The notes beneath the pieces are model-generated. The model was not told where the DNA came from and did not search any database. It saw only the letters and a program-made list of their open reading frames with translations. Shown here piece after piece: positions 1 to 8,826 of a stretch of 64,000 nucleotides of DNA; position 1 is the first letter of the stretch, and each line of letters starts with the position of its first letter. Source of the stretch: Eubacteriales bacterium (lineage in GTDB: Bacteria; Bacillota; Clostridia; Oscillospirales; CAG-382); NCBI GenBank assembly GCA_045657425.1, contig JAZOTA010000045.1:48705-112704 (forward strand). Direction: 5' to 3'. Position numbers and translations under genes: made by a program.

Positions 1-1
1 T

Positions 2-79
2 GGTGTATGGCTTTGGGTTATCATCGGCGCGGCTGTTGTTGCAGTCATCGTTGTTGTGATGGTTATTAAGAAAAAATAA
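2..79 (+). CDS. 3' end of an upstream CDS, cut by the window edge; C-terminal hydrophobic anchor (..GVWLWVIIGAAVVAVIVVVMVIKKK*)
   Basis: Frame is open from the window edge to TAA at 77-79. It encodes a hydrophobic helix plus a KKK tail and is followed by a terminator hairpin. Confidence 0.35.
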   Translation, partial: GVWLWVIIGAAVVAVIVVVMVIKKK

Positions 80-93
80 TTAAGCCTTAAAAC

Positions 94-128
94 AAAAAAT
101 CCCGACGTATGTCGGGATTTTCTTTTTT
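94..128. terminator. Bidirectional intrinsic terminator between the partial CDS (+) and lysS (-)
   Basis: Stem AAAATCCCGAC / GTCGGGATTTT with loop GTAT. An A-run lies upstream and a T-run downstream. Confidence 0.7.
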
Positions 129-132
129 AAAA

Positions 133-2058
133 TTAATGCAATTTCGCGCCTGCGGGGATGCGGTTGCTTACCATAATAAGGTTAAGCTTTTCTTCATCCT
201 CTTCGGTGTGGATTGCAGAAAGAAGCATACCGCAGGATTCGATGCCCATCATTGCTCTGGGAGGAAGGTTGGTGATTGCGATAAGAGTTTTGCCGACCAA
301 TTCCTCGGGCTCATAGAATGCGTGGATGCCGCTTAAAATCGTTCTGTCGGTGCCTGTGCCGTCGTCGAGAGTGAATTTAAGAAGCTTCTTCGACTTCGGT
401 ACTGCTTCACACGCTTTAACCTTAACGGCTCTGAAATCCGATTTAACGAAGGTTTCAAAGTCAACGTTTTCCTCGTAAAGCGGTTCGATAACTACCTTGG
501 AAAAATCGATAACCTCTTCAACGATTTCTTCCTTTTCGGTTGCTTTTGCTTCCTTCTTGCTTCCCGAATTGAGCGATTTAAGGGTGGGGAAGAGCAAAAC
601 GTCGCGGATTGCCTGCGAGTCGGTAAGGAGCATACACATTCTGTCGATGCCGTAGCCGATACCGCCTGTGGGAGGCATACCGATTTCAAGCGCGTTAAGG
701 AAGTCCTCGTCGGTGTGGTTTGCTTCCTCGTCGCCTTGAGCAAACTGTTCTTCCTGTGCGGCGAAGCGAGCGCGTTGGTCAATCGGGTCGTTAAGCTCGG
801 AATAAGCGTTTGCCATTTCCCAGCCGTTCATAAAGAACTCGAAGCGTTCAACGTAATCGGGATTTTCGGGCTTGCGCTTGGTAAGAGGCGAGATTTCAAC
901 GGGGTGGTCCATAACGAACGTCGGCTGAACAAGATGCTCTTCAACAAATTCTTCAAAGAAGAGGTTGAGGATATCGCCCTTCTTGTGGCGCGGTTCATAA
1001 TGAACGCCCTTTTCGTCTGCAATAGCGCGAGCTTCTTCGGTGGTGTTGATCTCGTTAAAGTCAACGCCCGAATATTTCTTGACCGCATCGACCATAGTAA
1101 TGCGTTCAAAGGGCTTGCCGGGGTCCATTTCGATGCCGTTATAAACGATTTTTGTCGAGCCGAGAACTTCGTTTGCAACGTGGCGGTACATATTCTCGGT
1201 AAGGTCCATCATACCGTAGTAATCGGTATATGCTTGATAAAGCTCCATAAGGGTGAATTCGGGGTTGTGACGGGTGTCAACGCCTTCGTTTCTGAAAACT
1301 CTGCCGATTTCATAAACCTTTTCCAAACCGCCTACGATAAGACGCTTTAAGTAAAGCTCAAGTGAAATACGAAGCTTGAGGTCCTCGTTAAGCGCGTTAA
1401 AATGGGTTTCAAAGGGTCTTGCAGCCGCGCCGCCCGCATTGGAAACGAGCATGGGGGTTTCAACCTCAAGGAATCCCTGCGCATCGAGGAAGCGGCGGAT
1501 AGAGCTGATTATCTTCGAGCGCTTTATCATGGTATCCTTGGTTTCGGAATTCATGATAAGGTCAACGTATCTTTGACGGTAACGAAGGTCGGTATTGGTA
1601 AGACCGTGATACTTTTCGGGAAGGATCTGCAAGCTCTTGGAAAGGAGGGTAACCTCGGTCGAGTGGATGCTGATTTCACCCGTCTTTGTGGTGAACACTT
1701 TACCCTTGATACCTACGATATCGCCGATATCAAACTTCTTAAAGCCTGAATATTCGTCCGTGCCTATATCGTCACGTGCAACGTAGCATTGAATAAGGCC
1801 CTGAAGGTCCTGCACGTGGCAGAAGGATGCTTTACCCATAACGCGCTTGGACATAAGACGGCCTGCAATGCAAACCTCCTTGCCTTCAAGCTCGGTATAG
1901 CTGTCCTTTACGTCTTGGCTGTGATGTGTAACGTCATACTTGGTGATTACGAAAGGGTCCTTGCCTTCTGCCTGAAGATCAGCCAGCTTTTGGCGGCGGA
2001 TCGCAAGAAGACTGTTAAGCTCCTCCGCATTCGCGTTGTTCTTAATTTCTTCACTCAT
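133..2058 (-). CDS. lysS: Lysine--tRNA ligase (class II) with an extra C-terminal tRNA-binding (Trbp111/CsaA/EMAP-like) domain
   Basis: 641 aa. The N-terminal OB fold and class II core are readable (..FRNEGVDTRHNPEFTLMELY.., ..GGIGYGIDRMCMLL..). The roughly 130-aa tail (..DFRAVKVKACEAVPKSKKLLKFTLDDGTG..GKTLIAITNLPPRAMMGIESCGMLLSA..) resembles the MetRS C-terminal / CsaA tRNA-binding fold. Confidence 0.93.
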   Translation of the reverse strand: MSEEIKNNANAEELNSLLAIRRQKLADLQAEGKDPFVITKYDVTHHSQDVKDSYTELEGKEVCIAGRLMSKRVMGKASFCHVQDLQGLIQCYVARDDIGTDEYSGFKKFDIGDIVGIKGKVFTTKTGEISIHSTEVTLLSKSLQILPEKYHGLTNTDLRYRQRYVDLIMNSETKDTMIKRSKIISSIRRFLDAQGFLEVETPMLVSNAGGAAARPFETHFNALNEDLKLRISLELYLKRLIVGGLEKVYEIGRVFRNEGVDTRHNPEFTLMELYQAYTDYYGMMDLTENMYRHVANEVLGSTKIVYNGIEMDPGKPFERITMVDAVKKYSGVDFNEINTTEEARAIADEKGVHYEPRHKKGDILNLFFEEFVEEHLVQPTFVMDHPVEISPLTKRKPENPDYVERFEFFMNGWEMANAYSELNDPIDQRARFAAQEEQFAQGDEEANHTDEDFLNALEIGMPPTGGIGYGIDRMCMLLTDSQAIRDVLLFPTLKSLNSGSKKEAKATEKEEIVEEVIDFSKVVIEPLYEENVDFETFVKSDFRAVKVKACEAVPKSKKLLKFTLDDGTGTDRTILSGIHAFYEPEELVGKTLIAITNLPPRAMMGIESCGMLLSAIHTEEDEEKLNLIMVSNRIPAGAKLH

Positions 2059-2082
2059 AATGATTTTTACTGCCTTTATATA

Positions 2083-2556
2083 TTACTTGGAAATGTCTGT
2101 AATGGTGTACTTAACGACACCCATAGGAGTTTCAACGTTAATGCTGTCGCCCTTGCGCTGACCGATAAGTGCCTTGCCCAAGGGGCTGTCATCGCTGATA
2201 AGACCCATAATGGGATCTGCTTCTGCGGTGGAAACGATCTTGTATTCCGATTCCTCGTCTGCATCGATATTGTGAACGGTAACCTTGTTACCGACGTTTA
2301 CCTTATCGGTACCGAGCTCGGCGTCATCAAGGACTATTGCGTTTTCAAGAGTAGCTTCGAGGTTGGCAATTTTGCCTTCGATTTCGGCTTGCTCGTTTTT
2401 AGCTTCGTCGTATTCGCTGTTTTCCGAAAGGTCGCCGTATGCTCTTGCTTTTTGGATAGCTTGAGCAACTTCCTTACGCTTTACTGTTTTAAGATGCTCC
2501 AATTCCTGCTGAAGCTTTTTGAGTCCCTCGTGGGAAACGATGATCTGCTTTGCCAT
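2083..2556 (-). CDS. greA: Transcription elongation factor GreA
   Basis: 157 aa. N-terminal coiled coil (..DLSENSEYDEAKNEQ..) plus a C-terminal FKBP-like domain. AGGAGA RBS. Confidence 0.93.
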   Translation of the reverse strand: MAKQIIVSHEGLKKLQQELEHLKTVKRKEVAQAIQKARAYGDLSENSEYDEAKNEQAEIEGKIANLEATLENAIVLDDAELGTDKVNVGNKVTVHNIDADEESEYKIVSTAEADPIMGLISDDSPLGKALIGQRKGDSINVETPMGVVKYTITDISK

Positions 2557-2596
2557 TTGTTTTTTCTCCTGATTATTTATGAAAATTATTTAATTC

Positions 2597-3844
2597 TTAC
2601 TTATTAAGCAATTCGATTGCCTTTTGAAGCTGAGTATCTTCTTCTATGGGCATTTTAAAGTAACGGTTTTCCCAATGCTCGGAAAGCTTTGTTTCGTAAT
2701 CGGGCTTAACGCCGATTTTATCGTAGCTTACGTTTGACGGCGGATTATAGAACGCAATCGAAAGCTTAATCGCGCTTCCGTCGGAAAGCATTCGTGTCGT
2801 TTGCATCGTGCCCTTGCCGAAAGTCGTTTCGCCAACGATATCGGCGAGCTTGTAATCGCGCAACGCCGCTGTGAAAAGCACTGCGGCAGATGCCGTGTTA
2901 CCGTTGCAAAGCACTGTCATTTTGCCTTGGATGCAGTTCGCATCGGATTTTTGGGTTTCGGTCTTGCCGTTTTTGTAAACGACGTTTATTATCGGACCTT
3001 CGGGAAGGATAACGTCTAAAACCTTAAGTATTTGATCAAGATAACCGCCCGAGTTGTTTCTGACGTCGAAAATGAACTTTTCGCACTTTTCGCTTTGTGC
3101 AAGTGCGATTTTTTGAACAAATTCATCCGAAACTCTTGTGTCGGCAAACGAAAGGATGCGGATATACGCGATATTGCCGTCGAGCTTTTGATAAAGAACG
3201 TTTTCGCTTGCAACCGCTTGGCGAGTGATAACGAAATCAATTTCTTCCTCACCGCGCAAAACGGTTACGTTGACCTTTGTTCCCGCTTCGCCGCGAATCG
3301 TATTAAGCACGTCGTAATAAGTACTTTCGCTTGCTTCGATTCCTTCGGCTTTAACGATTATATCGCCGTTTTCAAGACCTGCTTCTTCGGCAGGGGAGTT
3401 GGGAATAACGCCGAAAATATAAATTCCTTGCGAGTCGACGTCATAGGTAGCGTGAACGCCGATGCCGACGAAATCGCCGTCGCCCGAATCTATCAGTGCG
3501 TTATATTCCTCTGCGGTAAGGTAATAGGAATAGTCGTCGCCGAGCGATGCCGCCAGCGCGGTATAAATATTGTCCCAAACCGCGTCTTCCTCATAATCGT
3601 GAACGTAAGAGCTTTCAATCAGCGCAATCAGCGTCGAAAGCTTTTCATATCTGCTTTTATCGTTGCCGATAAGCTTGATAAGGTCTTGGTATTTGCTCAA
3701 TTCCGCCGATTCAAGCCGGTTGTCGTTGACTTCCTTTTTGTCGTCAACCGAGCTTATCGAAAGCGTTGCGACTACCGTCGTAATGCAAACGAGCATCGAA
3801 ACGACAACACAAGCAAATGGGGTTATTCTTTTCTTAAACATCAA
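2597..3844 (-). CDS. S41 family C-terminal processing peptidase (CtpA/CtpB-like) with a PDZ domain
   Basis: 415 aa with an N-terminal TM. PDZ (..GLENGDIIVKAEG..) and S41 core (..VLCNGNTASAAVLFTAALRD..GETTFGKGT..). Confidence 0.88.
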   Translation of the reverse strand: MMFKKRITPFACVVVSMLVCITTVVATLSISSVDDKKEVNDNRLESAELSKYQDLIKLIGNDKSRYEKLSTLIALIESSYVHDYEEDAVWDNIYTALAASLGDDYSYYLTAEEYNALIDSGDGDFVGIGVHATYDVDSQGIYIFGVIPNSPAEEAGLENGDIIVKAEGIEASESTYYDVLNTIRGEAGTKVNVTVLRGEEEIDFVITRQAVASENVLYQKLDGNIAYIRILSFADTRVSDEFVQKIALAQSEKCEKFIFDVRNNSGGYLDQILKVLDVILPEGPIINVVYKNGKTETQKSDANCIQGKMTVLCNGNTASAAVLFTAALRDYKLADIVGETTFGKGTMQTTRMLSDGSAIKLSIAFYNPPSNVSYDKIGVKPDYETKLSEHWENRYFKMPIEEDTQLQKAIELLNK

Positions 3845-3859
3845 ATGCCTTCTTAATAA

Positions 3860-5149
3860 TTATTTGCTGTTTTTCTTGGTGTAATATCCGTCGGGGAGAT
3901 ATTTGTTGGGGTTAACATAGTTACCGCCAAGATTTGTGTAGGTGTTGGTATCGATTACACCGAAGTGGAGGTGGTAGCCTGTCGAGCGTCCGGTTGTGCC
4001 GACGTAGCCGATAACCTGTCCGGCTTTGACTGCATCGCCTGCTTTTACGTGGTAAACGGGCTTGCCGTTTTGTCCCTTATAGGGCAAATTGCCGTTTTTA
4101 CCGCTGTTATCCAAGTGTGCGTAAAGCGAGGAAATGCCGTCGCCGTGGTAAACGATGATGCATTCGCCGTAGCCGCCGTTCCAGGATGCGCGTGTAACGA
4201 TGCCGTCCTTAACTGCAATTATGGGAGTACCGCGCGAGCAGGCAATGTCGATGCCCTTGTGGTATTCGGTTGTCGGCTTTCCGAAGGGGTCGCCTCTCCA
4301 ACCGTATTGGCTGGTTACTCGGTAGCTCGAGGTCTTGACGGGCCAAATGAATGCGGCAGTAGAGCTGTAATACTTTTTGCGCTCCTCTTCAAGCTTTTTA
4401 ATCTTTTCCTTGATCTCAACAAGCTTTGCGTTCTTTTCCTTGTATTGCTCGGAAAGCTCGCCGGAGTTCAAATTGAGCTCTGCCGCAATTGTTTCGAATT
4501 CCTTCTTTTTCTTGTTCATTTCGAGCTTTGCGCGGTTCAATTCAACAAGATAATCGTTGTATTTTTCCTGCGTTTCCGCAAGCTCGATTTCGTTTGCTTC
4601 AAGGTCGGAAATCGAAACCTCGATATCCTTCAAAAGCATATTTGCCGCGTTCATTATATCGTTATAATGGTCGCGTCTTGTGAGAAAGTCCGAAAAATTA
4701 TCCGAAGAAAAGAGAAGCTCGAACGAATTTACGTCGCTGTTTTCATATATGAACTGCATGAGCTTTTTATACATCGCCATGCGGTATTCATAATCCTCGC
4801 GGATAATTGCGATTTCGCTTATGACTTGGGCGCGCTTGAGGTCGTAGGATTCCATCGTGCCGTTGCGGAGAATTATCTCTGCTTCAAGCGCTTCAATCTC
4901 GGCTTGATATTGCACCAAAAGCTCCGCCGTCTGTCCCGATTTGCCTTCCAATTCGGCAATGTTTTTTGTTATAGCGGCAAGCTCTGCTTGGACGTTTGCG
5001 AGCTCGGATTTATATGCCTTGAGCTCGTTTTCGATATCGAAGATGGTTTTTGCCTCTGCGATTTCGGAGGGTTCGCTTACGGATAAAGCGCCAAGCACGA
5101 GAATCATGCAAAGAACTATCGCAAACGATCTCTTTAAAATTCTTGACAT
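3860..5149 (-). CDS. M23 (LytM) peptidase with a long N-terminal coiled coil (EnvC-like)
   Basis: 429 aa: signal/TM, about 250 aa of heptad-rich sequence, then an M23 core (..HKGIDIA..GYGECIIVYHG..SLYAHL..GRSTGYHLHFGV..). AAGGAG RBS. Confidence 0.88.
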   Translation of the reverse strand: MSRILKRSFAIVLCMILVLGALSVSEPSEIAEAKTIFDIENELKAYKSELANVQAELAAITKNIAELEGKSGQTAELLVQYQAEIEALEAEIILRNGTMESYDLKRAQVISEIAIIREDYEYRMAMYKKLMQFIYENSDVNSFELLFSSDNFSDFLTRRDHYNDIMNAANMLLKDIEVSISDLEANEIELAETQEKYNDYLVELNRAKLEMNKKKKEFETIAAELNLNSGELSEQYKEKNAKLVEIKEKIKKLEEERKKYYSSTAAFIWPVKTSSYRVTSQYGWRGDPFGKPTTEYHKGIDIACSRGTPIIAVKDGIVTRASWNGGYGECIIVYHGDGISSLYAHLDNSGKNGNLPYKGQNGKPVYHVKAGDAVKAGQVIGYVGTTGRSTGYHLHFGVIDTNTYTNLGGNYVNPNKYLPDGYYTKKNSK

Positions 5150-5190
5150 AAATGTTGCTCCTTAAAAAATTTTGGGGCTTATGTTTGAAA

Positions 5191-6258
5191 TTACGCTTTG
5201 AGATATTTCTTAAGCGAAATGCTGGAGGAAACGATACCTGCGAAAAGACCGATCGCAACGAAGCCGATGCCGACCACGAGTGCATAATCGCTCCAAAAAT
5301 CGCCTGCGGTTATCGCCGCAACACCGGTTGTACCTATCGAGGATTGAACGATGCCCTTGAGCAGATACTCGTAAAGATAATATTCGATGCCGAAGGAAAT
5401 CGCCGCAGATACGGTACCGATAATAACGCCTTCAACGATAAAGGGCATACGGATGAAGCTCTTTGTCGCACCGCAAAGACGCATAAAGGTAATTTCGTTT
5501 TTTCTTGCGAAAACACCCAACTTAATGGTGTTCATAATAACAAACAGAGAGATAATAAGGAAAATTGCCATAAGCCAAAGACCTGCAACGTAAAGCGCGT
5601 TTTTGATGCTCATTACGTTTTCGTAAAGCTCGGCATGGTCCTTGATATCCTCGGTCGAGATAGCATCGTGCTCGGTTCCGTTTGCGTCGACAAAGGTGAT
5701 CGAGTCGATACGGTTGCGAACCTTAACCACCTCGTCGAAGTTTGAAAGGTTGATAAAGGTAATACGGAAGCTTCCGCGGAGAGGGTTATCGGTCATCGAG
5801 CTTGTGATACCTGCGTGGGTACCCTCGTCGTGATCGTCCTCGTGCTTGTCGGTAAAAGCGTCAAACCAGGGTTGGTCTTCGTATTTATCCTCGAAATTTT
5901 CAAAATGCTCATCGGGCGAAACGTATTTAAAGTTTTCGTCCTTGGGGATGATGATATCATCGGTCCATTTGTCGCTTGTCCAATCGATAATAGGCGAATC
6001 GTTGCAAATTTTTGCCAATTTTTCGCCGATGTCGATAATTTCGGTTTCGCTGTAGTCCTTGTCCATCATCACTTCGATAACGTTAAGGTCGTCAATAGCG
6101 TTAAAGTTTCTGTCGATAGTGTCGATAACCACGAAAAACGTGCCGACAAGTATCATACAGGCGATAAGGACCAAAATCGAAGCGGTGGACATAACGCTGT
6201 TTCGGAAAACGCCCTTAAAGCCCTGACCTAAGTTGTAGAAAAATACGCTCGGCTTCAT
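5191..6258 (-). CDS. ftsX: Cell-division ABC transporter permease-like protein FtsX
   Basis: 355 aa with the FtsX N-terminus (..FRNSVMSTASILVLIA..), a large extracellular domain and a C-terminal 3-TM FtsX permease module. It overlaps ftsE by 4 nt. Confidence 0.88.
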   Translation of the reverse strand: MKPSVFFYNLGQGFKGVFRNSVMSTASILVLIACMILVGTFFVVIDTIDRNFNAIDDLNVIEVMMDKDYSETEIIDIGEKLAKICNDSPIIDWTSDKWTDDIIIPKDENFKYVSPDEHFENFEDKYEDQPWFDAFTDKHEDDHDEGTHAGITSSMTDNPLRGSFRITFINLSNFDEVVKVRNRIDSITFVDANGTEHDAISTEDIKDHAELYENVMSIKNALYVAGLWLMAIFLIISLFVIMNTIKLGVFARKNEITFMRLCGATKSFIRMPFIVEGVIIGTVSAAISFGIEYYLYEYLLKGIVQSSIGTTGVAAITAGDFWSDYALVVGIGFVAIGLFAGIVSSSISLKKYLKA

Positions 6259-6935
6259 TCTGTAAAATCGCCTCCGATCTTATCGGAAACAACACTGCCG
6301 CCTTCAATGCGGATAACGCGCTTTTTGTATTGCTCGATAATATTCATATCGTGGGTAACGACGATAACTGTTTTTCCTAATTTGTTGATCTTCACAAGAA
6401 GCTCCATAATGCCTTCGGTAAGGTCAACGTCGACGTTGCCCGTAGGCTCGTCGGCGATAATGGTATCGGGGTTGTTTACAAGCGCGCGTGCAAAGGCAAC
6501 GCGTTGCTTTTCACCGCCCGAAAGCTCGCTCGGGAAGGAATCGCCCTTGTGTCCCAATCCGACGATGTCAAGGAAAAAGGGAACGCGTTTTTTGATAAGC
6601 GAGGGCTTCGCACCGACCACACGCATTGCAAACGCCACGTTTTCATAAACGGTCATCTTTTCAAAAAGCTTAAAGTCCTGAAAGACGACGCCCATGGTTC
6701 TGCGAAGCTTGGAAATTTTCCAGGAACGGATTTTGTCCAAACGGAAGCCGTTTACCTCCAGTTTGCCCGAAGAAACGCGCTCTTCACAGATAAGCAGCTT
6801 TGTAAGCGTAGTTTTACCTGCGCCCGAATGGCCGACGATAAAAACAAATTCACCGTCGTCTATTTGCAACGAAACGTCGTTAAGCGCAGCCGTACCGTTG
6901 CTGTATTCCATCGAAACGTTTTCAAATTTAATCAT
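6255..6935 (-). CDS. ftsE: Cell-division ATP-binding protein FtsE
   Basis: 226 aa. Walker A GHSGAGKTT, signature LSGGEKQR, Walker B IIADEPTG. Confidence 0.93.
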   Translation of the reverse strand: MIKFENVSMEYSNGTAALNDVSLQIDDGEFVFIVGHSGAGKTTLTKLLICEERVSSGKLEVNGFRLDKIRSWKISKLRRTMGVVFQDFKLFEKMTVYENVAFAMRVVGAKPSLIKKRVPFFLDIVGLGHKGDSFPSELSGGEKQRVAFARALVNNPDTIIADEPTGNVDVDLTEGIMELLVKINKLGKTVIVVTHDMNIIEQYKKRVIRIEGGSVVSDKIGGDFTE

Positions 6936-6948
6936 ATATTACACCCGA

Positions 6949-8034
6949 TCAATAAATGGAGGGTTTGCTGATAAGATATTTCTTAACCATCAAAGCAACC
7001 TTGAAGGTGATAGCGTGCTCGAATTCACGAAGATCGAGTCCGGTAAGCTTCTTTATCTTTTCAAGACGGTAAACAAGGGTGTTACGGTGTACGAAAAGCT
7101 TTCTCGAGGTTTCGGAAACGTTAAGATTGTTGTCAAAGAATGCGTGGATGGTGGTAAGCGTTTCACGGTCAAGGCTTTCGAGCGAGCCGCGCTTGAAAAC
7201 CTCTTGAAGGAACATTTCGCAAAGGGTGGTGGGAAGCTGATAGATAAGACGGCCGATACCCAAGCTTTCGTAATTGATAACGTTCTTTTCGGTGTCGAAT
7301 ACCTTGCCGACCTCAAGCGCAACCTGTGCGTCCTTGTAAGAGCGTGCAAGCTCTTTTACGTTGGAAACGGTCGAGCCGATACCGATGTGCACCTTGAGAT
7401 AGAATTCCGACTGAACGGTATCCACAATGCTCTTTGCAACCGATTCCAATGCCTTGGTATCGTGCGCGGATTTAAGCTCCTTAACGAGAACAATATCCGA
7501 TTCGCCTACGTTGATGACGTAATCGTGAAGCTTGTCGGGGAACATATTTTGAATTACGTCGTAGGGAATAATATCGCCCGTGTTGTTGAAGCGGATAAGG
7601 ATAACGGCACGGTTGACCTCACTGTCAAAGCGAAGCTCTTTTGATTTGATATAAATATCGCCGGGAAGAATATTGTCAAGGATAATATTCTTGATAAAAT
7701 TGGTCTTGTCGTACTTTTCGTCGTAAAGGGTTTTAATATTCGAGAAGGAAACCGAAAGAAGCGCGGAAATGCTTTTTGCAATATCATCGTCGCCTTCAAC
7801 GAACACTATGTATTCGATTCTTGCGTGGGAGCCGATAGGACGGTAGGTATAATCGCCTATAACCAAGGTTTCATAATTATAGGAAAGCTCGTCAAGGATG
7901 TCCTTGTGCGCGCTTCCGATCTTGGAAAGCTGACTGCAGGCAATAACGACACCCTTGTCGTCGATTATGCCGATCTCGCGGTCAACCGCCTCTCTCATTT
8001 GATAGATCAAACCCTGAAACAATTTGTTGCTCAT
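6949..8034 (-). CDS. PucR/CdaR family transcriptional regulator
   Basis: C-terminal PucR HTH (..NVSETSRKLFVHRNTLVYRLEKIKKLTGLD..). The start is set at MSNKLF, preceded by AAAGGAGAAGG; the ORF track extends to 8085. Confidence 0.8.
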   Translation of the reverse strand: MSNKLFQGLIYQMREAVDREIGIIDDKGVVIACSQLSKIGSAHKDILDELSYNYETLVIGDYTYRPIGSHARIEYIVFVEGDDDIAKSISALLSVSFSNIKTLYDEKYDKTNFIKNIILDNILPGDIYIKSKELRFDSEVNRAVILIRFNNTGDIIPYDVIQNMFPDKLHDYVINVGESDIVLVKELKSAHDTKALESVAKSIVDTVQSEFYLKVHIGIGSTVSNVKELARSYKDAQVALEVGKVFDTEKNVINYESLGIGRLIYQLPTTLCEMFLQEVFKRGSLESLDRETLTTIHAFFDNNLNVSETSRKLFVHRNTLVYRLEKIKKLTGLDLREFEHAITFKVALMVKKYLISKPSIY

Positions 8035-8320
8035 TGTGCCTTCTCCTTTTATGTTAAACTTATTATTATCTGCAAAGATATACATAGTAATTTTATCTTA
8101 ATTTTCATCCAAATGCAAGAGCTTTTACAAAAATACAACAAAGAAAAACATCGATATTTGTATATTTTGCCGCCTAATTTGTTAAAAATGCCATTAAAAC
8201 CCAAAAATGTTAATGAATTGTTAACAACACTTTCGGCTGTTTTTATTTTTTTCACTTATTGACAGAATTCGATTTGTGGTATATATTATGAATATGACAA
8301 TAATGAAAAGGAGATATATT

Positions 8321-8695
8321 ATGAACAATCAGCAACCTAATTATCAACAACCCAACAATCAGCAACCCAACTACCAACAACCTAACTATCAACAGCCTAA
8401 CTATCAACAACCCAACTATCAGCAACCCTATGCGGCTCCCAAGAAGCAGGGCAATTTCCTCAACAGCATCGTTGATCTTGTTGTAAAATTCCTCCCCATT
8501 CTTACCTTTGTATTCCTTTGCATCGGTGCGGTTGCATTTGTTTATTACTTCATTATGGGTATCGCTAATTCTATCGGTCTTTTCTCGAGCTTCGGTAACT
8601 TCTTCAGCGGTATCGCAAACGGCATTTCGTCGCTCGCTCGCTATGCCTTCTATGCAGTAATCACAGCAGTTCTTACCAAAATCCTCAAGAAATAA
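8321..8695 (+). CDS. Small membrane protein with an N-terminal QQPNY pentapeptide repeat tract and two predicted TM helices
   Basis: The start is set at the ATG after AAAAGGAG (8321). Sequence is MNN(QQPNY)x~7, then hydrophobic segments. A promoter-like TTGACA / TATAT sits just upstream, so the longer ORF from 8276 is unlikely. Confidence 0.6.
   Translation: MNNQQPNYQQPNNQQPNYQQPNYQQPNYQQPNYQQPYAAPKKQGNFLNSIVDLVVKFLPILTFVFLCIGAVAFVYYFIMGIANSIGLFSSFGNFFSGIANGISSLARYAFYAVITAVLTKILKK
8330..8431 (+). repeat. About 6.8 tandem copies of a 15-bp coding repeat (CARCARCCYAAYTAY = QQPNY)
   Basis: Read directly. The copies differ almost only at synonymous third positions. Confidence 0.9.
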
Positions 8696-8713
8696 ATTAC
8701 ATATCCTTTAAAG

Positions 8714-8745
8714 GGCAGAGAATTTCGTTCTCTGTCTTTTTGTTT
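8714..8745 (+). terminator. Intrinsic terminator after the QQPNY-repeat gene
   Basis: Stem CAGAGAA / TTCTCTG with loop TTTCG, followed by a T-rich tail. Confidence 0.65.
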
Positions 8746-8750
8746 TCCTA

Positions 8751-8779
8751 TTGACAAAAGAAAAGGGGTATGATAAAAT
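8751..8779 (+). promoter_or_regulatory. Sigma-A type promoter of the sdpR/sdpI-like operon
   Basis: TTGACA (8751-8756), a 17-nt spacer, then extended -10 TGaTAAAAT (8771-8779). Confidence 0.6.
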
Positions 8780-8780
8780 A

Positions 8781-8802
8781 CATTTAACAATTAGGTTAAA
8801 TG
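8781..8802. promoter_or_regulatory. Perfect palindrome CATTTAAC-N6-GTTAAATG at the predicted transcription start; candidate ArsR/SdpR operator
   Basis: Read directly. The half-site GTTAAAT is repeated again at 8803-8809. Confidence 0.5.
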
Positions 8803-8826
8803 TTAAATGAAAGTGAGGAGAAGAGT

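Noticed and set aside
8276-8320. Upstream extension of the QQPNY ORF (start at 8276) and, similarly, the rplU ORF start at 33563
   Set aside because: Promoter-like -35/-10 elements overlap or lie downstream of these upstream starts. The internal ATGs (8321, 33620) have proper RBS or match the conserved N-terminus (MFAIVETGG for L21).
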